DNA of 64,000 nucleotides, from positions 4,981,957 through 5,045,956 of the forward strand of contig MU053881.1 of NCBI GenBank assembly GCA_013239625.1, in the 5' to 3' direction. The stretch is from Lama guanicoe. Taxonomy: Eukaryota. Of the stretch, positions 34,238 to 47,010 are shown one piece after another. The notes beneath the pieces are model-generated. The model saw only the letters and a list, made by a program, of their open reading frames with translations. It had not been told where the DNA came from and searched no databases. Position 1 is the first letter of the stretch. Each line of letters opens with the position of its first letter. The translations under genes were made by a program, and so were the position numbers.

Positions 34238-37024
34238 CTAGGGGAGAGATGCAAGTTTCAGGAGTTGAGTTGGCTGCCCCAGAGGGTGGGCTGCAGGGCA
34301 TCACCCTGGGCTCAGACAGATCTGGGTTTGGATCCCAGCTGGGCCATGGGACTCTGTAGGAGCCACACCCTCTCTGAGCCTCAGCCCTCTCATCTGTAGA
34401 AAGGGGGTGACAACCGTGGCTGCCCTAGGGGGATGCAGGGCTCTAGGGTGGGAGGATGTGCATGAAGCGCCCAGCTGGGCACCTGGCACAAGTCCAGGGC
34501 TCGAAAAGGCAGCTGCCCCCATCAACTCCCTAGCTGTTCGCCCCCCAGAGGGGTCAGGGAACGACCTCTAGGCCTGCAGACTAACAGAGCTTCCTCGAAC
34601 TCCAGATCAACACCATCAGCCACCCAAACCTGCCCCGTCACCCTAGACTGGGGGATCCTCGAAGGCGAGACTGCAGTGGCCTCCTTTGCTCCCTGGGTCT
34701 CGAGGCCTCGCAGAGCACCGCCAGTGAGAGGGCCTGAGTGAAAGCTAACTGAGTGAGTGGTGCTGAGGACGCCTCCGCGGGTTCTCCTGAGGCCTCCCCT
34801 TTCACCAAAAGTACTCTCCTCCCAGCTGCGCTGGCCCTGTCCTTCTCGCACACCAACATCCCACCCACCAGGAGATGCCGTCAGCTCCACCTTCAAGATG
34901 CCCAGTGTCTGACGCCTCCCGCCTCCACTGCCCCGCTGGACTGGCCGTGGAGGCAGCCTCCCTCCTGGGCTTCCAGCTTCCATCTCTGGCGCCCCCAGGC
35001 CTTTCCCCAATAGTTGCCAGAGGGGGCCTTTTGAACCTGCATTTGATCCTGTCACTCCTCTGCTCAGGACCCTCCAAGGCCTCTGGTGTCCTGAGTTGAA
35101 GCCACGTCCCCAGTCCTCCTCTGCTTTCTCCCTCTGGCCACGCTGGCCTCCCTGCTGCACCGGGAGCAAGGTCCCACCTCGGGCCTTTGTGCCCGTGTCC
35201 CCTTCCTAGAACCCTGTTCCACAAGGCTCTCCCTCTGGCCTCGGCTCTGGGGCCCCCGACCCCCATCCCCCAAACCCCAAACCCTGCTAAAGCACTCACG
35301 TCACCCGCCACCCGGCCTCATCTCGTTTTCACCTGTCTCCTCCCATAAGAAGAATGTACACGCCACACTGGTGGGGATTTTTGTCTGATTTGATGCTGTA
35401 TTCACCTGGCACGGAACAGGCGCTCAGTAAGTACGTACTGGATGAATGGAAGAACGAGTAAATAACATTACTCACTAAAACATCACTTTTGGCTTTGGCG
35501 CCTGATAATCCTCATTTTATAGAAAAGGAAACTGAGGCTCAGAGCAGTGAAGAAAACTTCTCACATCACACATTAAAACTGAGGCCACTAACTTCAGCGG
35601 CCCTGGGCTGATGGCCACGTGGAGCCAGGCCTTCAGGAGGCGCCGGGCTTGGGGAGATGACCCGGACGAAAGCCTGGCCCTGGAAGAGCCCCCGCTGGGC
35701 TTGCTGTGACACAGTTTGGAACAGAAGATGAGACTGCGTGACCCACACTAGACCGGAGGGATGCAAAGGCCGTGGGACCGCGGGGGAGGGCCTTCAGTTC
35801 TGCTGGGGATGTTCAGGGACAGCTTCTCAGGGGACAGAACACCCTATGCTAAGGCTCTAAAGACGAGTACACATTTCTCAGGAATAGAAGGAACAGCATC
35901 TGGGTAGAAGGAACAGCATGAAGTGCGGAGGTCAGAAACTGCCCAGTGGTGGGCATGTGTAAGGAACTAGAAGAATTTGGTATTAGTGAACCCCGAATAA
36001 AAGAAAGGATTGGGGGAGTGACCGCAGCAGGAAACAAAGAAGCATAAGAGGGAGCTGGGGCTGTTTAGCAAAGACCCAACATCATAATGAAAAGCTCAGG
36101 GTTTATTTCGTTCCAGCTCAACAAAGGTTTAGCAAGCTGCACTGGGGGAAGGAATAGGGCTTATGGCTTAGCACAGAGCAGCCCATCAAAGTCTGCTTAC
36201 TCTGTAAGTGTGCCTGTCTCAAACACAAAGTCGTGGGCTTCCTCCTGGAACAGTCTTGTCTTCATGAGGGCCAGAGCTCTGGACTGACATGGGAGGTCCC
36301 AGGCTCACAGGGCACGGCCCTGCCTCAGTGAGCTCACCGTGCAGTGTGCCATGGGCTGAATGGTGCCCAGGGGGCTCGGAGGAGGAGGCAACCCGCTGGG
36401 TCTGGCGTGAACAGGAGCAACAGCTCAGCAGGATCTCCCTGGAGGGAGAGCATCGCCCACCTCAGGGGCCCAATTAGCTGTGGCAGAGTAGCCACTGGGT
36501 GCCACGTACAGGCTCCAGTCCGGCTCCGCTTCCCAGCTGGGGGGCCTTGGGCAAGGTCAGCAACCAGTCTGGGCCTCCCAGTTTCCCCATCAGCAAAATG
36601 GGGATAATTAACCACAAAGGGTGAGGATTAAATGAGGTGATGAATACAAAGTTGATGGCAGGTGTTATTGGGCTGGGTTCAAAGAACGAATGTGTTTGAG
36701 CCAAGAGAGAAGGACCCTCCCGGAAGAGGGAACAAGGATGTATACGGTCAGGGTGTGGGAAAAGACACACTGTATTTTAAAAATATTTTTAACTTCATTT
36801 TTAGTTACATAAATAACACCTGGATATATTTTCACTGCAAAAATTTCACATGGCAAAGTCAGAACTCAAGGCCCCGTTGCCCACCGGGAGTAAGACACCA
36901 ACAATGCCCCGCGTGTGTCCTTCAGAGCTTTTCTGTGCAGTGACACGGGGCCTCCCGGGGACAAGGCTGTGGGCAGAGTTCAGAATCGGGTTTGGGGCCT
37001 GGGCCTCGCGCTCCCAGAGTTAGG

Positions 37025-37134
37025 TGAGTCAAGGAGGCTGGCTCCCGCACGCCTGCCCCCCACTGCTGCCCCACGAGGCTGACTCAGCGGCCCACTCCCC
37101 CTCGGCCCGGAATCCATCACAGGTGGCTGACTCA
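37025..37134. promoter_or_regulatory. Candidate AP-1/MAF enhancer in ERGIC1 intron 5
   Basis: TGAGTCA (37025), GCTGACTCAGC (37078-37088) and TGACTCA (37128) in a locally CpG-retaining, non-repeat segment. Confidence 0.5.
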
Positions 37135-37856
37135 TGCCAGCACACGCTGGGCTGAAGAAAGAAAAGACGACGCTTTTAGCGCTGTGACTTAGGAACCTAC
37201 GTCATTGTCTCTGATGGGTTTTAAAAACATATAGAAGGAGCCAGGCCCCAAGCCGCAGGCCGTCCTGTCCTCCTGGGGTTGCTGCGTGATTAAGCGAGGA
37301 GCAGGGCTGCTGGGCTGCTGGGACGGCTTGAAACATGTGAACTCTGACATCTGATTTCCTGATGGATGGATAAGGGGGCCATGGGGCAAGTGTGAGTCTG
37401 ATGCTGGGAGATATAAGGGTGGGGGCCAGCTGCAGACCTCGCTCGTCAACACGGCTGGCTTTCTTATCTGAGCACCCCTTGACTGAGAATTCCGGGAAGG
37501 CAAGAACCCTGAGTCTCCAAGGGTGGGGTGCAGAGGGTGGCCTGACCCGTGGCCTGGAGTGAATGGACACATGTCACCGAGCTGCTGGCCAGAAGCAGTG
37601 ACAGGCAGGGGTGTAGAAGAAAGAGCAGGGGCTCTTTCAAACCCTCGCTGCTGGCCCTTGAGCAGGTCACTTAATCCCCTGTGCCTGTTTCCTCAGGATT
37701 GTTGCAAGGACTAAATGAATTACTGCTGGTGAAGGGTTGGGTGAGAACCCAAGAGGTGGTTGCCAAAAGGTGGGGGCTGGCATGACTCTTTGCTAGAATC
37801 CCAGCCCTCCCCTGACCAGAGAAGACCCGCTTTGTGGTCGTCATACACGCACAGTC

Positions 37857-37995
37857 TTTTTTTGGGGCGGTAGGGGTGGAGATAATTAGATTTATTTACT
37901 GATTTATTTATTTTTTAATGGAGGCACTGGCGATTGAACCCAGGACCTTGTGCACACCAGGCATGCGCTCTACCACTGAGCTGTACCCTGCCCTC
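37857..37995 (-). mobile_element. tRNA-derived SINE, long form
   Basis: ttttttaatggaggcactggcgattgaacccaggacc...ctctaccactgagctgtaccc. Confidence 0.87.
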
Positions 37996-39362
37996 CTCAG
38001 CCATGCACGTTCTACGAGCACACCTGTACCCGGGTGACGGTGGATGCCAGCTGACGCGATCGCAGACATTCCCACTGACGGAGACGAGCACCCGGGGAGG
38101 GCGCTGAGGCTTGACTTGCCCCCACTGGGACACATGCTTTACGGATTTTCACTTGTTCACATCTCACAATCTGTGAGGGCAGTAAAATCATTCCCATTTT
38201 ACAGATGAGAAAACCAAGGCTCAGAGAGGCTAAACTGCCCAGTCATTCAACCAGGATTCTCTGGCATGGGTCGGTCTGTCTGGCCCCAGAGAGCAAGTTC
38301 CAGTTCAGCCAGAGCCACTGGGGCCCCAACACTGCCTGTCTGAGCCGACTGCAGCCTTGGGCATATTTGCCAAGATGGGGAGAGTGTGGTGCTGGGCCGT
38401 CTCCTGGGTGGTCATCCTGTCTTTCCTGTGCCCACCCTCTCCGGGGTGCTGAGGGAACGTGATCGCTCCTTTTCACCATCTGGGGCATTGGCATCTGTTT
38501 AGCCCAGGTGATCATACCCGCCAAGGGAGGCCCCTAGAACTGGGAGGTGTGCATGTCTGTCTGTTCATCTTCAGCCATCTTTCAACCCCGCAGGTATGCC
38601 TTCCCTGATGACCTCCTGTGTGTATTCCCCACCATAACAACCCCATTCTCTTCCTGGCTGCTTCATCAAATTCCACATTTGCTTGCTTGTTGACCTGCCA
38701 TCTCGTAATAGATCGTTAAGTGCCACCAAGGGCAGGGACCACGGCTGTTTCCCTCCTCCCCACATCCCAGTGCCAAGCGTCGAGCCAGGCACACAGTCAA
38801 CACTCAAGAGCGTGACATAAGTGAATGAACCGGGCGGGGCGGGGGCGGGGCGGGGGAGGCCAGGGTCAGAAGAAGTCAGGGAGTAAAATGGACAGGAGCG
38901 TTCGGATAAGGCTCGTGATGGGGGTGTGGTCAGGGGAAGGGGAGGGAGGGCTTCCCCGAAAGACCCAGTCAATGGGACCCGTGGGTGAGCAACAGCTCCC
39001 CAGACACATAGATGGGGGCAGAGAGAGGCCATGGGAGGCAAGCAGGAGGCTGGACCCACCACCAATTCACCCACCTCCCTGCACTGTGCCCACACAGGCC
39101 TTCCCTCGTCTCTTGGGCCGGCCCTCCTCTGCAGCCTGCATCCTCAGGACGTGGCTGTGCGGCCGTCCGCTCTCCCTGACACGGCGGGCTGTCCTGGCTG
39201 TACGTGGTCAGCGGTGCACCCGATCCTCGCAGCACCAGACCTCCTCTTTGATATGTGTTCTCTTCCAGATACTGGGGGGCTCTCGCAGCCCTGATTTCCT
39301 CCTATCTGGCTGCTCTTTCTTCCTTCCCTCCCCACTGCTAAACACTGGTGTGCACCAGGAAG

Positions 39363-40157
39363 CAGTCCTCAAACCGCATCCTTATTTTTGGTGCCATGGA
39401 CCCTTTGCCAGGCTGGTGACATCTATGTTTTATTTTTTTTATCCTGTAATAACCTTTAATGAAAAAGAATATGAAAAAAATATATTTATACATGCATAAC
39501 TGAATATATATACATATCACTGAATCACCCTGTTGCACACCAGAAACTAACACAATGTTTTAAATCAACTCTATTTCAATGAAAATTAAAAAAAGGGATC
39601 TATACATCTTCTATATTATTAATCTATAGATTATGTAATCTTTATGTATTTACTGAGAAGTCCAGCTATCCCAAAACACTACAAATAAGCAAGGGACAGT
39701 GACACCAGTGATGTCATTCTTATGTTTTAGATGCTTAAAATGTTTTGACTGCATAAAATACATAGGATCACAGGCAAGGAAATGAGATTTTAAAACAGTA
39801 ATTAAAATAAATCAAAGCATTTGCATATGCTTTGTTATTATTGCAGTAAATGACCTGGTTGCGGGTCAACTAATTACTGTCATTTCAAAACAGCGATGAG
39901 TGTAAATAGCATCTTGAAATGATCTGTGATCATTTTAATGTGATATGAACATCGGCAGTTTCTCTTGGTGACAAGGTCACGGGTGCTGCTAATGCCACTG
40001 TGGTTCATTGCCTACATTCATCACAGAAAGAAAATGCTAAATCTAAGTTACTGCTTCATAAAAATAAACATGCCATTTTTTTCTCCATCTAAGTTCACAG
40101 ACCGCTTGAATTTGAGCCACACTCCCTGGGAGTCCGTGGACCCCAGGTTTAGAACCA
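39363..40157. mobile_element. hAT-Charlie-like DNA transposon fossil containing a nested L1 3' end
   Basis: Ends ttttggtgccatggaccc and gtccgtggaccccaggtttagaacc with an AT-rich interior. Subfamily not determined. Confidence 0.55.
39438..39594 (+). mobile_element. LINE-1 extreme 3' end (nested)
   Basis: atcctgtaataacctttaatgaaaaagaatatg...tgcacaccagaaactaacacaatg...aatcaact plus an A-tail. Confidence 0.8.
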
Positions 40158-40194
40158 ACGTTCTACCCCTCTGTCCAGGTAATCGAGCTCAGAT

Positions 40195-40352
40195 CAGTGA
40201 TCCGCAAACACGAGCGGTGTCAGGGTGCCCTGGAGGGCTTGTTATAGCACAGATTCAGTAGGTCGGTGGTGGAGCCTGAGAATCTGCATTCCCACCAGGT
40301 TCCGGGGGATGCTGATGCTGGTGGTCTGGGGGCCCCCCTCTGAGTAGCACTG
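40195..40352. mobile_element. MER5A-like DNA transposon
   Basis: gattcagtaggtcggtggtggagcctgagaatctgcatt...gatgctgatgctggtggtc...tgagtagcactg. Confidence 0.75.
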
Positions 40353-41636
40353 ACGGGGACCTATGGCTGCCAACACCATCTGTTTACTGATGACTCCACA
40401 TTTATATCTCCATCCCGGAATTCTCTCCCGAACTCCGGAAGCACACCCTCAACGTCCAGTTTAACGTCTCTAACAGGAACCCCAAATGAAACATGTCCAG
40501 AATGAATGACTGAGTTCCAGCCCCGCTTCCCATGGAACCCATGCTTTCCCAAGCTTCCATATCTAGAGAATGGGACCCCCTGGTTGTCAAGACAAAAATC
40601 TAAAATGTTTCTTTGATTCCATTCTTGCCCTCACCACCCACACTCCATTGATCAGTAAGTCTTGTTGACCCTAGCTCCCTAATCTGGACCCTTCTCTCCA
40701 ATGCCACTGCCACAGCATTGCCCCTGACCTCTGCTCTTGGTTCCCTGCAGCCTGCCTCCACACAGATGCCAGAGTGATCTTTCTCTACTTAAATGGAGCT
40801 GGTAGCTACGGTCCTGGAAGGTGCAGCTCAAAAGCATAAAGTGACTGGCTCCCGCCCGGGTTCCCTGGTTCTTCCAAATGCACTTCCTGCACACCCTTGA
40901 CCTAGGATCTGAAGTTCCTGGTTCTAGAGACAAAACAACAGTGATACCTGAATGGTCCTCTGGAGCTGAGCAGGTACTTTCAAACCCACCCACTCCCACT
41001 CCTCCCCTGCTTGACTTCTCATCACAGCACTTACCACCCACCGAAATGCTTTTTAGTTGGCATGCTCTGTCTCCCTCTGCTAGAACAGAAGCCCCACCAC
41101 TGCAGGAGCACTGCCCATCTAGTCCTTCCATTGCCCAGAGCCGATAACCCACCCTGGAACACAGAAGGTGCTCAAAGAGTTTTTTGAATGAATGAAATGA
41201 ATGAATGTGCAATAGCTCATTTAATCATCACGTAAACCTCTGTGACGTGCATAGTACCATTATATAATTATTATCATCACATCCTCAGCCTAAAGATGTG
41301 AAGGCTGACGTTAAGTGACTTGGCGGATGTTGCTTGGCCCAGATGGGGTAGGGATGAGACGCACACTTGCGCTCAGGGCTGCCAATCCTGCAGTCTTCTC
41401 ACCGCCCACTCCTTCCGCGCTGGGGAGGAGAGTAGTCCCTTCCTGAACCAGCCAGCAGGGCTCCAAATCTCAGGGCGCTTGAAACCCCCACCCAGATTCT
41501 CAGCAGGAACTGCCAGGCGCCTGGACTCTGCCGGGGACGGGGTGAGTGGGCGCACGGCTCCGCCATCCAGTTTCCAGGGAGGAAGGGGACCAAGGGGATA
41601 CGGGGCAGTGGGCAGGGCCAGGCAGGATCTCTGTAC

Positions 41637-41761
41637 CTTATTGATGCTGAACTGCCCCTCGAAGCGGCAGCCCGCCCCGTTGTTCAGCGGGATCTTCATC
41701 GAGTTGTCGATGTGCCCCACTTCATGCCTGCCCATCTCATCCTGGATGTCCAGCCCGACCA
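41637..41761 (-). CDS. ERGIC1: ERGIC1 coding exon 5 (125 nt): VGLDIQDEMGRHEVGHIDNSMKIPLNNGAGCRFEGQFSINK
   Basis: Acceptor ctgcag|TGGTC and donor AAG|gtacag; peptide seen in ORF 41373..41789. Confidence 0.96.
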
Positions 41762-44700
41762 CTGCAGAAGCCAAGGAGAGAAGAGTCACAAACCCCTAGA
41801 GAAACAAGACCAGCTCCCTCCTCCCAGGATCCCCCCTTCATCCACTTCATGGGCAGGCGGGGGCCCCAGTCTTCCAGGAGCTCACAGTCTGGGGCCCAGA
41901 GCTGCAGAGAAGGAGGAGGAGGAAGGGATGGCTGGACTAAGAGCGAGCCAGCCCGCGACGTCCCCGGCCCCGGCCACTGCCGGCTGGAAAGGAAGAGGGG
42001 AAAGAGTCCGGAGAGGCAGCAGCTAAGGGGGCCAGGGAAGGAGGCTGCAGGGTGCAGGGGGAGGACTCTGCTAAATGTGATGCTGCAGGGGGGCAGCGGA
42101 GAGTCAGGCTTAAAAGGTCGTCTGAATCCTGGGCCTGCCATTTACTAGCTTGTACCCTTGGCTGAGGCACTTGACCTCTTGATGCCTCAGTTTCTTTCTC
42201 TTTAAAGGAGCGGGGAGGTGATAACAATTAAAGCTTCCTTGGAGAATCACAAGGACCAAATCATTAATATGTGTTGAAAATACTTAAAGAAGGGCCTGAT
42301 ACTCACAGTAGGTGGCAAGTGGGGAATAAATGCCAGCCCTTTCATTATTCTATTATTTTTATGATTTTATATTATATTATAATTATACTTTAATAATCTC
42401 AAGTAATACTACATAATACTATTTTATTATAAGTGCCAACATTTATTCAGCACTTGCCACGTCTTAGACTGTCTCTGTGTTCCCTGGGCACCATTCAGGC
42501 TCAGGCAGGCATTCATCCACACCTTCCTTTACCCAGTGCCCACTCCCCGAGGCCCTGCCCTCCAGGAGCAAAGGCACTTTTCTGGGTTCTTCTGTGCACT
42601 AAAAATGGGAAACCTGGCGCCTAGAGTCCTGGTGCTGACTCCAGCGTGATTCTCCATCACCTACCATGACTCAGCTTCCCAATCTGCAAAATGGGCACGC
42701 CCAGGCCAAGTGTATTCCCTGAGATGGTCCAAGTGGCAAGTGTTGCCGGGGGTGTCCCCATAAACTACAGAAATGCAGAGATTTCCCTGCGAGGAGCGCT
42801 AGAAAGCAGGCTGCAATACAGAGAAAGAGCAGCTGGAAGCAATTTTCAGTGAGCTGACTGGAAAAGGGAAAAATAGGAAGAACCCAGTATTCTTCAAGGG
42901 GGACGGAAGTGCTCGAGGGCCCATCCACGGAAGTGAGTGTGATGCACCACTAAAAACGACGCTCCTGGGTCTGTAGGACGTGGGAAATGCTGATGCCGTA
43001 ATGTTCGGAGGAGAAGAAACGTAAGAAGGTCCCTGTCTGACTCAGCAGTTCCGCCCCCGGCAGCCCATCCTCCAGACACACACGTGTCCAGACATGCACG
43101 CAAGGCTGCTCCGGGCAACCTTATTTACAATCGTGACATCTGGAAGCAACCCAACTGCCTGTCAACAGGGGACTGGTCAATGGAACAGCCCCCTCCAGCA
43201 CACTGTGCAGTGGGTACAAAGAATGAGCTAAACCTGCATGTGAGAAGAGGCAGCTCAGAATGGGCTCTGGGGCTGACCTGTCTGTGTTCCTGGCTCTGCC
43301 CCTACTGGCTGTGGCACCTCCAGCAAGTTCCCTCACCTTTCTGGGCCTCAGTTTCTTGCTCTTTCTAGGTTTGTGAGGATTGAAAAAACTAAAAACTAAA
43401 ACAGAACTTACTATGGGCTAGGCACTCTTCCAAGTGCCTTTTCCATAAGCGTGCACCATCGGAACATCCCTAGGGGGAAGATAATATTAGGAGACCCATC
43501 CTATACTGGGGGACACTGAGGCACAGATAGGTTAAGTAACTTGCCTGGGATTGCACAGCTCCGAAACAATGGCACTTGGATCAGAACCTGCAGAGTCTAG
43601 ATCCAGAGCCCACATCCTTTGGCCACGTTGCTAGAACACCTCTCATCTTAGTGCACTAACACAGCCAGAAGATTCAGGACAGGAACGGGCCCGGAGGAAG
43701 AGCTGAATAAATGGCAGCTCTGGTTATTATTTTACTAATATTATGAGTAATATAAGAACAGTTCCAAGATATAAATGGAAAAAACAAGAAACCCCAGAAG
43801 GTCCCTTGTAGTTGGGTCTCTATTATGTAAAAAGAAAAAAAATACCCAAAACCCAAAAATGACATACGTTTGCAAACAGACAGACAGACAGACAGACACA
43901 TACATAGGGGTGGGGGAAGAGGTCCCAACTGCTAAGAGGCTTTCTCTCAGGCGGGCGGCATGCTGCGAAGCACGTACTTCTTTTATTTTTTTCTTTATGT
44001 ATTTCTGTGTTTTGAACACGTATCTTTTAAAAAAAATTAAAAAAGTATCCCTGTATGAGTTGTGTAACAGAAAAATATTATTTTTAAAAGTAGGATATGA
44101 GATCGCACAGGCAGCATGATCTCAGCCATGTTTAGAAATGCTTGGAACAGAAGGCCAACGGGACGGAGCGGCGTCAAGTGTCAACTGATGCTGTCATCGG
44201 GGTGGAATGATGGGCAATTTCTTCTCTCTCTGCTGCTCTGGATTTTCCAAAGGTACAATGATGAGCATGCATATTTCCCCCCTATAATCTAAGTTTGAAG
44301 TTCTTTTAAAGCAAAGCTCAGGTGCAGGACTCTAATGGGAGGTGCTGGGGTCGGCAGGGTCCAGTGGGGCCAGCGTAGCAGCACCCTGAGGCTGCCCAGC
44401 CCCTCCTGGGCCGTGGCCCGGGGCTGGGATCCAGCCTGGAACCACATCCCTCCCCGCCCCTGCCCTGCTGGTCCCAGTCCTCTGGCCTAAGAATTTCCTT
44501 GTTCCAAACACACAACCAACTCCTGAATGAGAAGCTGCCAGATGAATTATTTTTCTGAGAGGAAGAGTAAAAATAAAAATAAAATCTACCCATTTCAACA
44601 GGTTCCCTGGCTCAGGGCCCACAGTGGATTCAAAATTGTGATGTAATTCTCACCAAAAGCAATCCAAGGGCTCAGTCTCTCCCCATCTCTGCCGCAGACC

Positions 44701-44884
44701 CACCCAGTGTTCTGCCCTTCAGGAGGAAGAGGGGGAGAGGAGGAGAAGAGGGCCCTGCATGGGGTCCGTGCCAGGCTGGGGCAGGGGGACAGCTGGAACC
44801 CAGTCTCCTCGTTAACAAATCTAGGGACCAGTGCATCAGATCTTTCCACCAATCTCAAGCAAGAGATAGCACTATGCCCACTTT

Positions 44885-45052
44885 ATTATTTTTTAAAAAT
44901 ACCTTATTTATTCATTATTGTATTATTTAATTATTTCATTTTGGCAGGGGGGTAGGTAATTAGGTTTATTTTTAGAGGAGGTACTGGGGTTTGAACCCAG
45001 GACTTTGTGTGTGCTAAGCATGCGCTCTGCCACTTGAGCTATACCCTCCCTC
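44885..45052 (-). mobile_element. tRNA-derived SINE, long form, inserted in a MIR
   Basis: Consensus match. TSD gcactatgcccactt (44869) versus gcattatgcccattt (45054). Confidence 0.88.
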
Positions 45053-45900
45053 TGCATTATGCCCATTTGACAGCTGAGGAAACTGAGGCTCAGAGGGGTC
45101 ACCTTAGCCAGGGTCACGTAATTGTAGTAAGCAAAGGAGCCAGAATCTGACTCCAAACCAGACTTCCCATGAGTTTTGTTTTATATAGGTAATTGGTTGA
45201 AAGAAAAGAAAACAAAAACAGAACACACGAACACAAACAGTGGAGTGTGAAATAAAAAAAGGAGTTATCCCACCGCTGCTAACAGCTCGGAGTTGCATCC
45301 TTCTCCAGGTGACTGCTCGTGGCTGGTTGGAGGTCCCCTTGCCTTGGGATGCTTGGGAGGTAATGTGGCCCCCACCGCTCCCTGCACGCCATCCTGAGCC
45401 ATTAGCAAAGCATATGGATAGTAACAGCCCAGCCCCTTGCTACTGGGTGAGAGAAACTATCGCGACATTCACATGCCACAGCTCCCCGTGGGATCAGGCT
45501 GTGGTTAGACTTCAGCTGAACACACACCCTTCCTGCTGTCTCACCTCCTCAAGCCCTTACAGGTTCCTCCTGAGAGCCCCTGCTCAATAAATCACTTGCA
45601 AAAAACTCAGGCTCTGCTTTTTGTGAATTTGACCTCAGAGACACCCCCCACCCCAACATGGCTACTCTCCAGAGGTAAACTGCTGGCAGTTTCTTATGTT
45701 TTTTATTCCAAAAAACCTCCAAGTGTATGCACATTTGATTACATCCTCCCTAATCCCCCCAAAAAAGAGTGGGGAGCATTTCCTGCTGTCAGCTGTTCGC
45801 AGCTTGCCACCCACCTAACCCGTGCTGGTTATCCCGCCGTTTCCACACACGCAGCGCGGTCTAGAGGCCGTGTCTTGCCGGAGCTGCCAGGAATACTCAC

Positions 45901-45995
45901 ATTCACAGTGCAAATTGGGTAAACTGATGTTCAGGCTGACGTCAATTTTGCCCCCGCTGTCCTTGTCTGGGTCATCGACGTAGAGCTCGTTCACG
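45901..45995 (-). CDS. ERGIC1: ERGIC1 coding exon 4 (95 nt): VNELYVDDPDKDSGGKIDVSLNISLPNLHCE
   Basis: Translated by hand because it is absent from the ORF track. Acceptor ctcag|CGTGAAC and donor GAAT|gtgagt; phases match both neighbouring exons. Confidence 0.95.
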
Positions 45996-46577
45996 CTGAG
46001 GGGACAAGTACAGAAGCCTGGTTAAGATGGGGGCACCCATCCCAGCCGCAGGGGATGGCCAGGGACCACTTCACTTGGTGACCACCGCTCAGATAACCCG
46101 GACTCCCATCTGGGCGAAGCCTGCGCCTACCCTGGCACAGGGGCGCGGGGCTGCAGTCTCCGTGGCGCTCTCCCACTGCCGACCTTACCACTTAGAGGGA
46201 GGGGAGGCGGGTCTGAAGGGGTGGGGGCAACAGCTCAGCTTCTGGAGTCAGCCGGATTCATTTCCCAGCCTGACTCTGCCACTTTTCTATGGAATTCGGG
46301 CAGATAACTTCGCCTCCGTGAACCCATCTGTGAAGTGGGGACACCATCAACCCACTGTTAATGGGGTGTTCTGAACACTTACAGGAGAAATAAGACCATG
46401 CTAGGTAGGGACCAGGGCCTGGCACCAACGGGCACGTGGGACAGGACTCCCTCCTCCCGTGAGCTCCCCTCCCTGCCGCTGGGAAGTCGGGAACTTGCGG
46501 GCCGCTCGTCCTCAATGTCCCGGTTCTCACAAAGCCCTGGGGCGGGCAGCAGGTCCAAGACACGACTAGTCTAACAC

Positions 46578-47010
46578 ACGTTACCTTCCTGTGGCTGCTG
46601 TAACAAGCCATCACAAAGTTAAAGGCTTAAAACAACACACATTTATCATCTCATACTTCTGGAGGTCTGAGTCTAAGAAGGGTCTGAGAGGCTGGACTCC
46701 TTCTGGAAGCTGTGAGGGGAGAATCTGTTTTCTTGCCTTTTCAGCTTCTAGAAGCCTCGGCTCAGTCCCTTCCTCCACCTTCAGAGCCAGCTGTAGGCAT
46801 CCTCTCTCTTCTCTGACCTTCTAACTCCCTCTTACAAGGACTCTTGTGATTTCATCCCACTTGCCTGGATAACCTGGGATTATCTCCCCGTCTCAAGACC
46901 CTTGACATAATCACATTTGTAAAGTTTCTTTTACTACATAAGGTGACATATTTTCAGCTTTCAGGGACAGGAACAGGGACATCTTGGTGGGGCGGGGGGG
47001 CATAATGTGG
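46578..47010 (-). mobile_element. ERVL-MaLR MLT1-type solo LTR
   Basis: ggctgctgtaacaa...ggcttaaaacaacacacatttatcatctcatacttctggagg...ataaggtgacatatt. Confidence 0.8.

Noticed and set aside
34522..35311. 215-aa and 169-aa minus-strand ORFs
   Set aside because: They overlap L2-like, GC-rich repeat sequence and show no homology I can recognise.
38825..39499. 224-aa plus-strand ORF
   Set aside because: It runs from the G-rich tract into transposon and L1 sequence and has no protein-like features.
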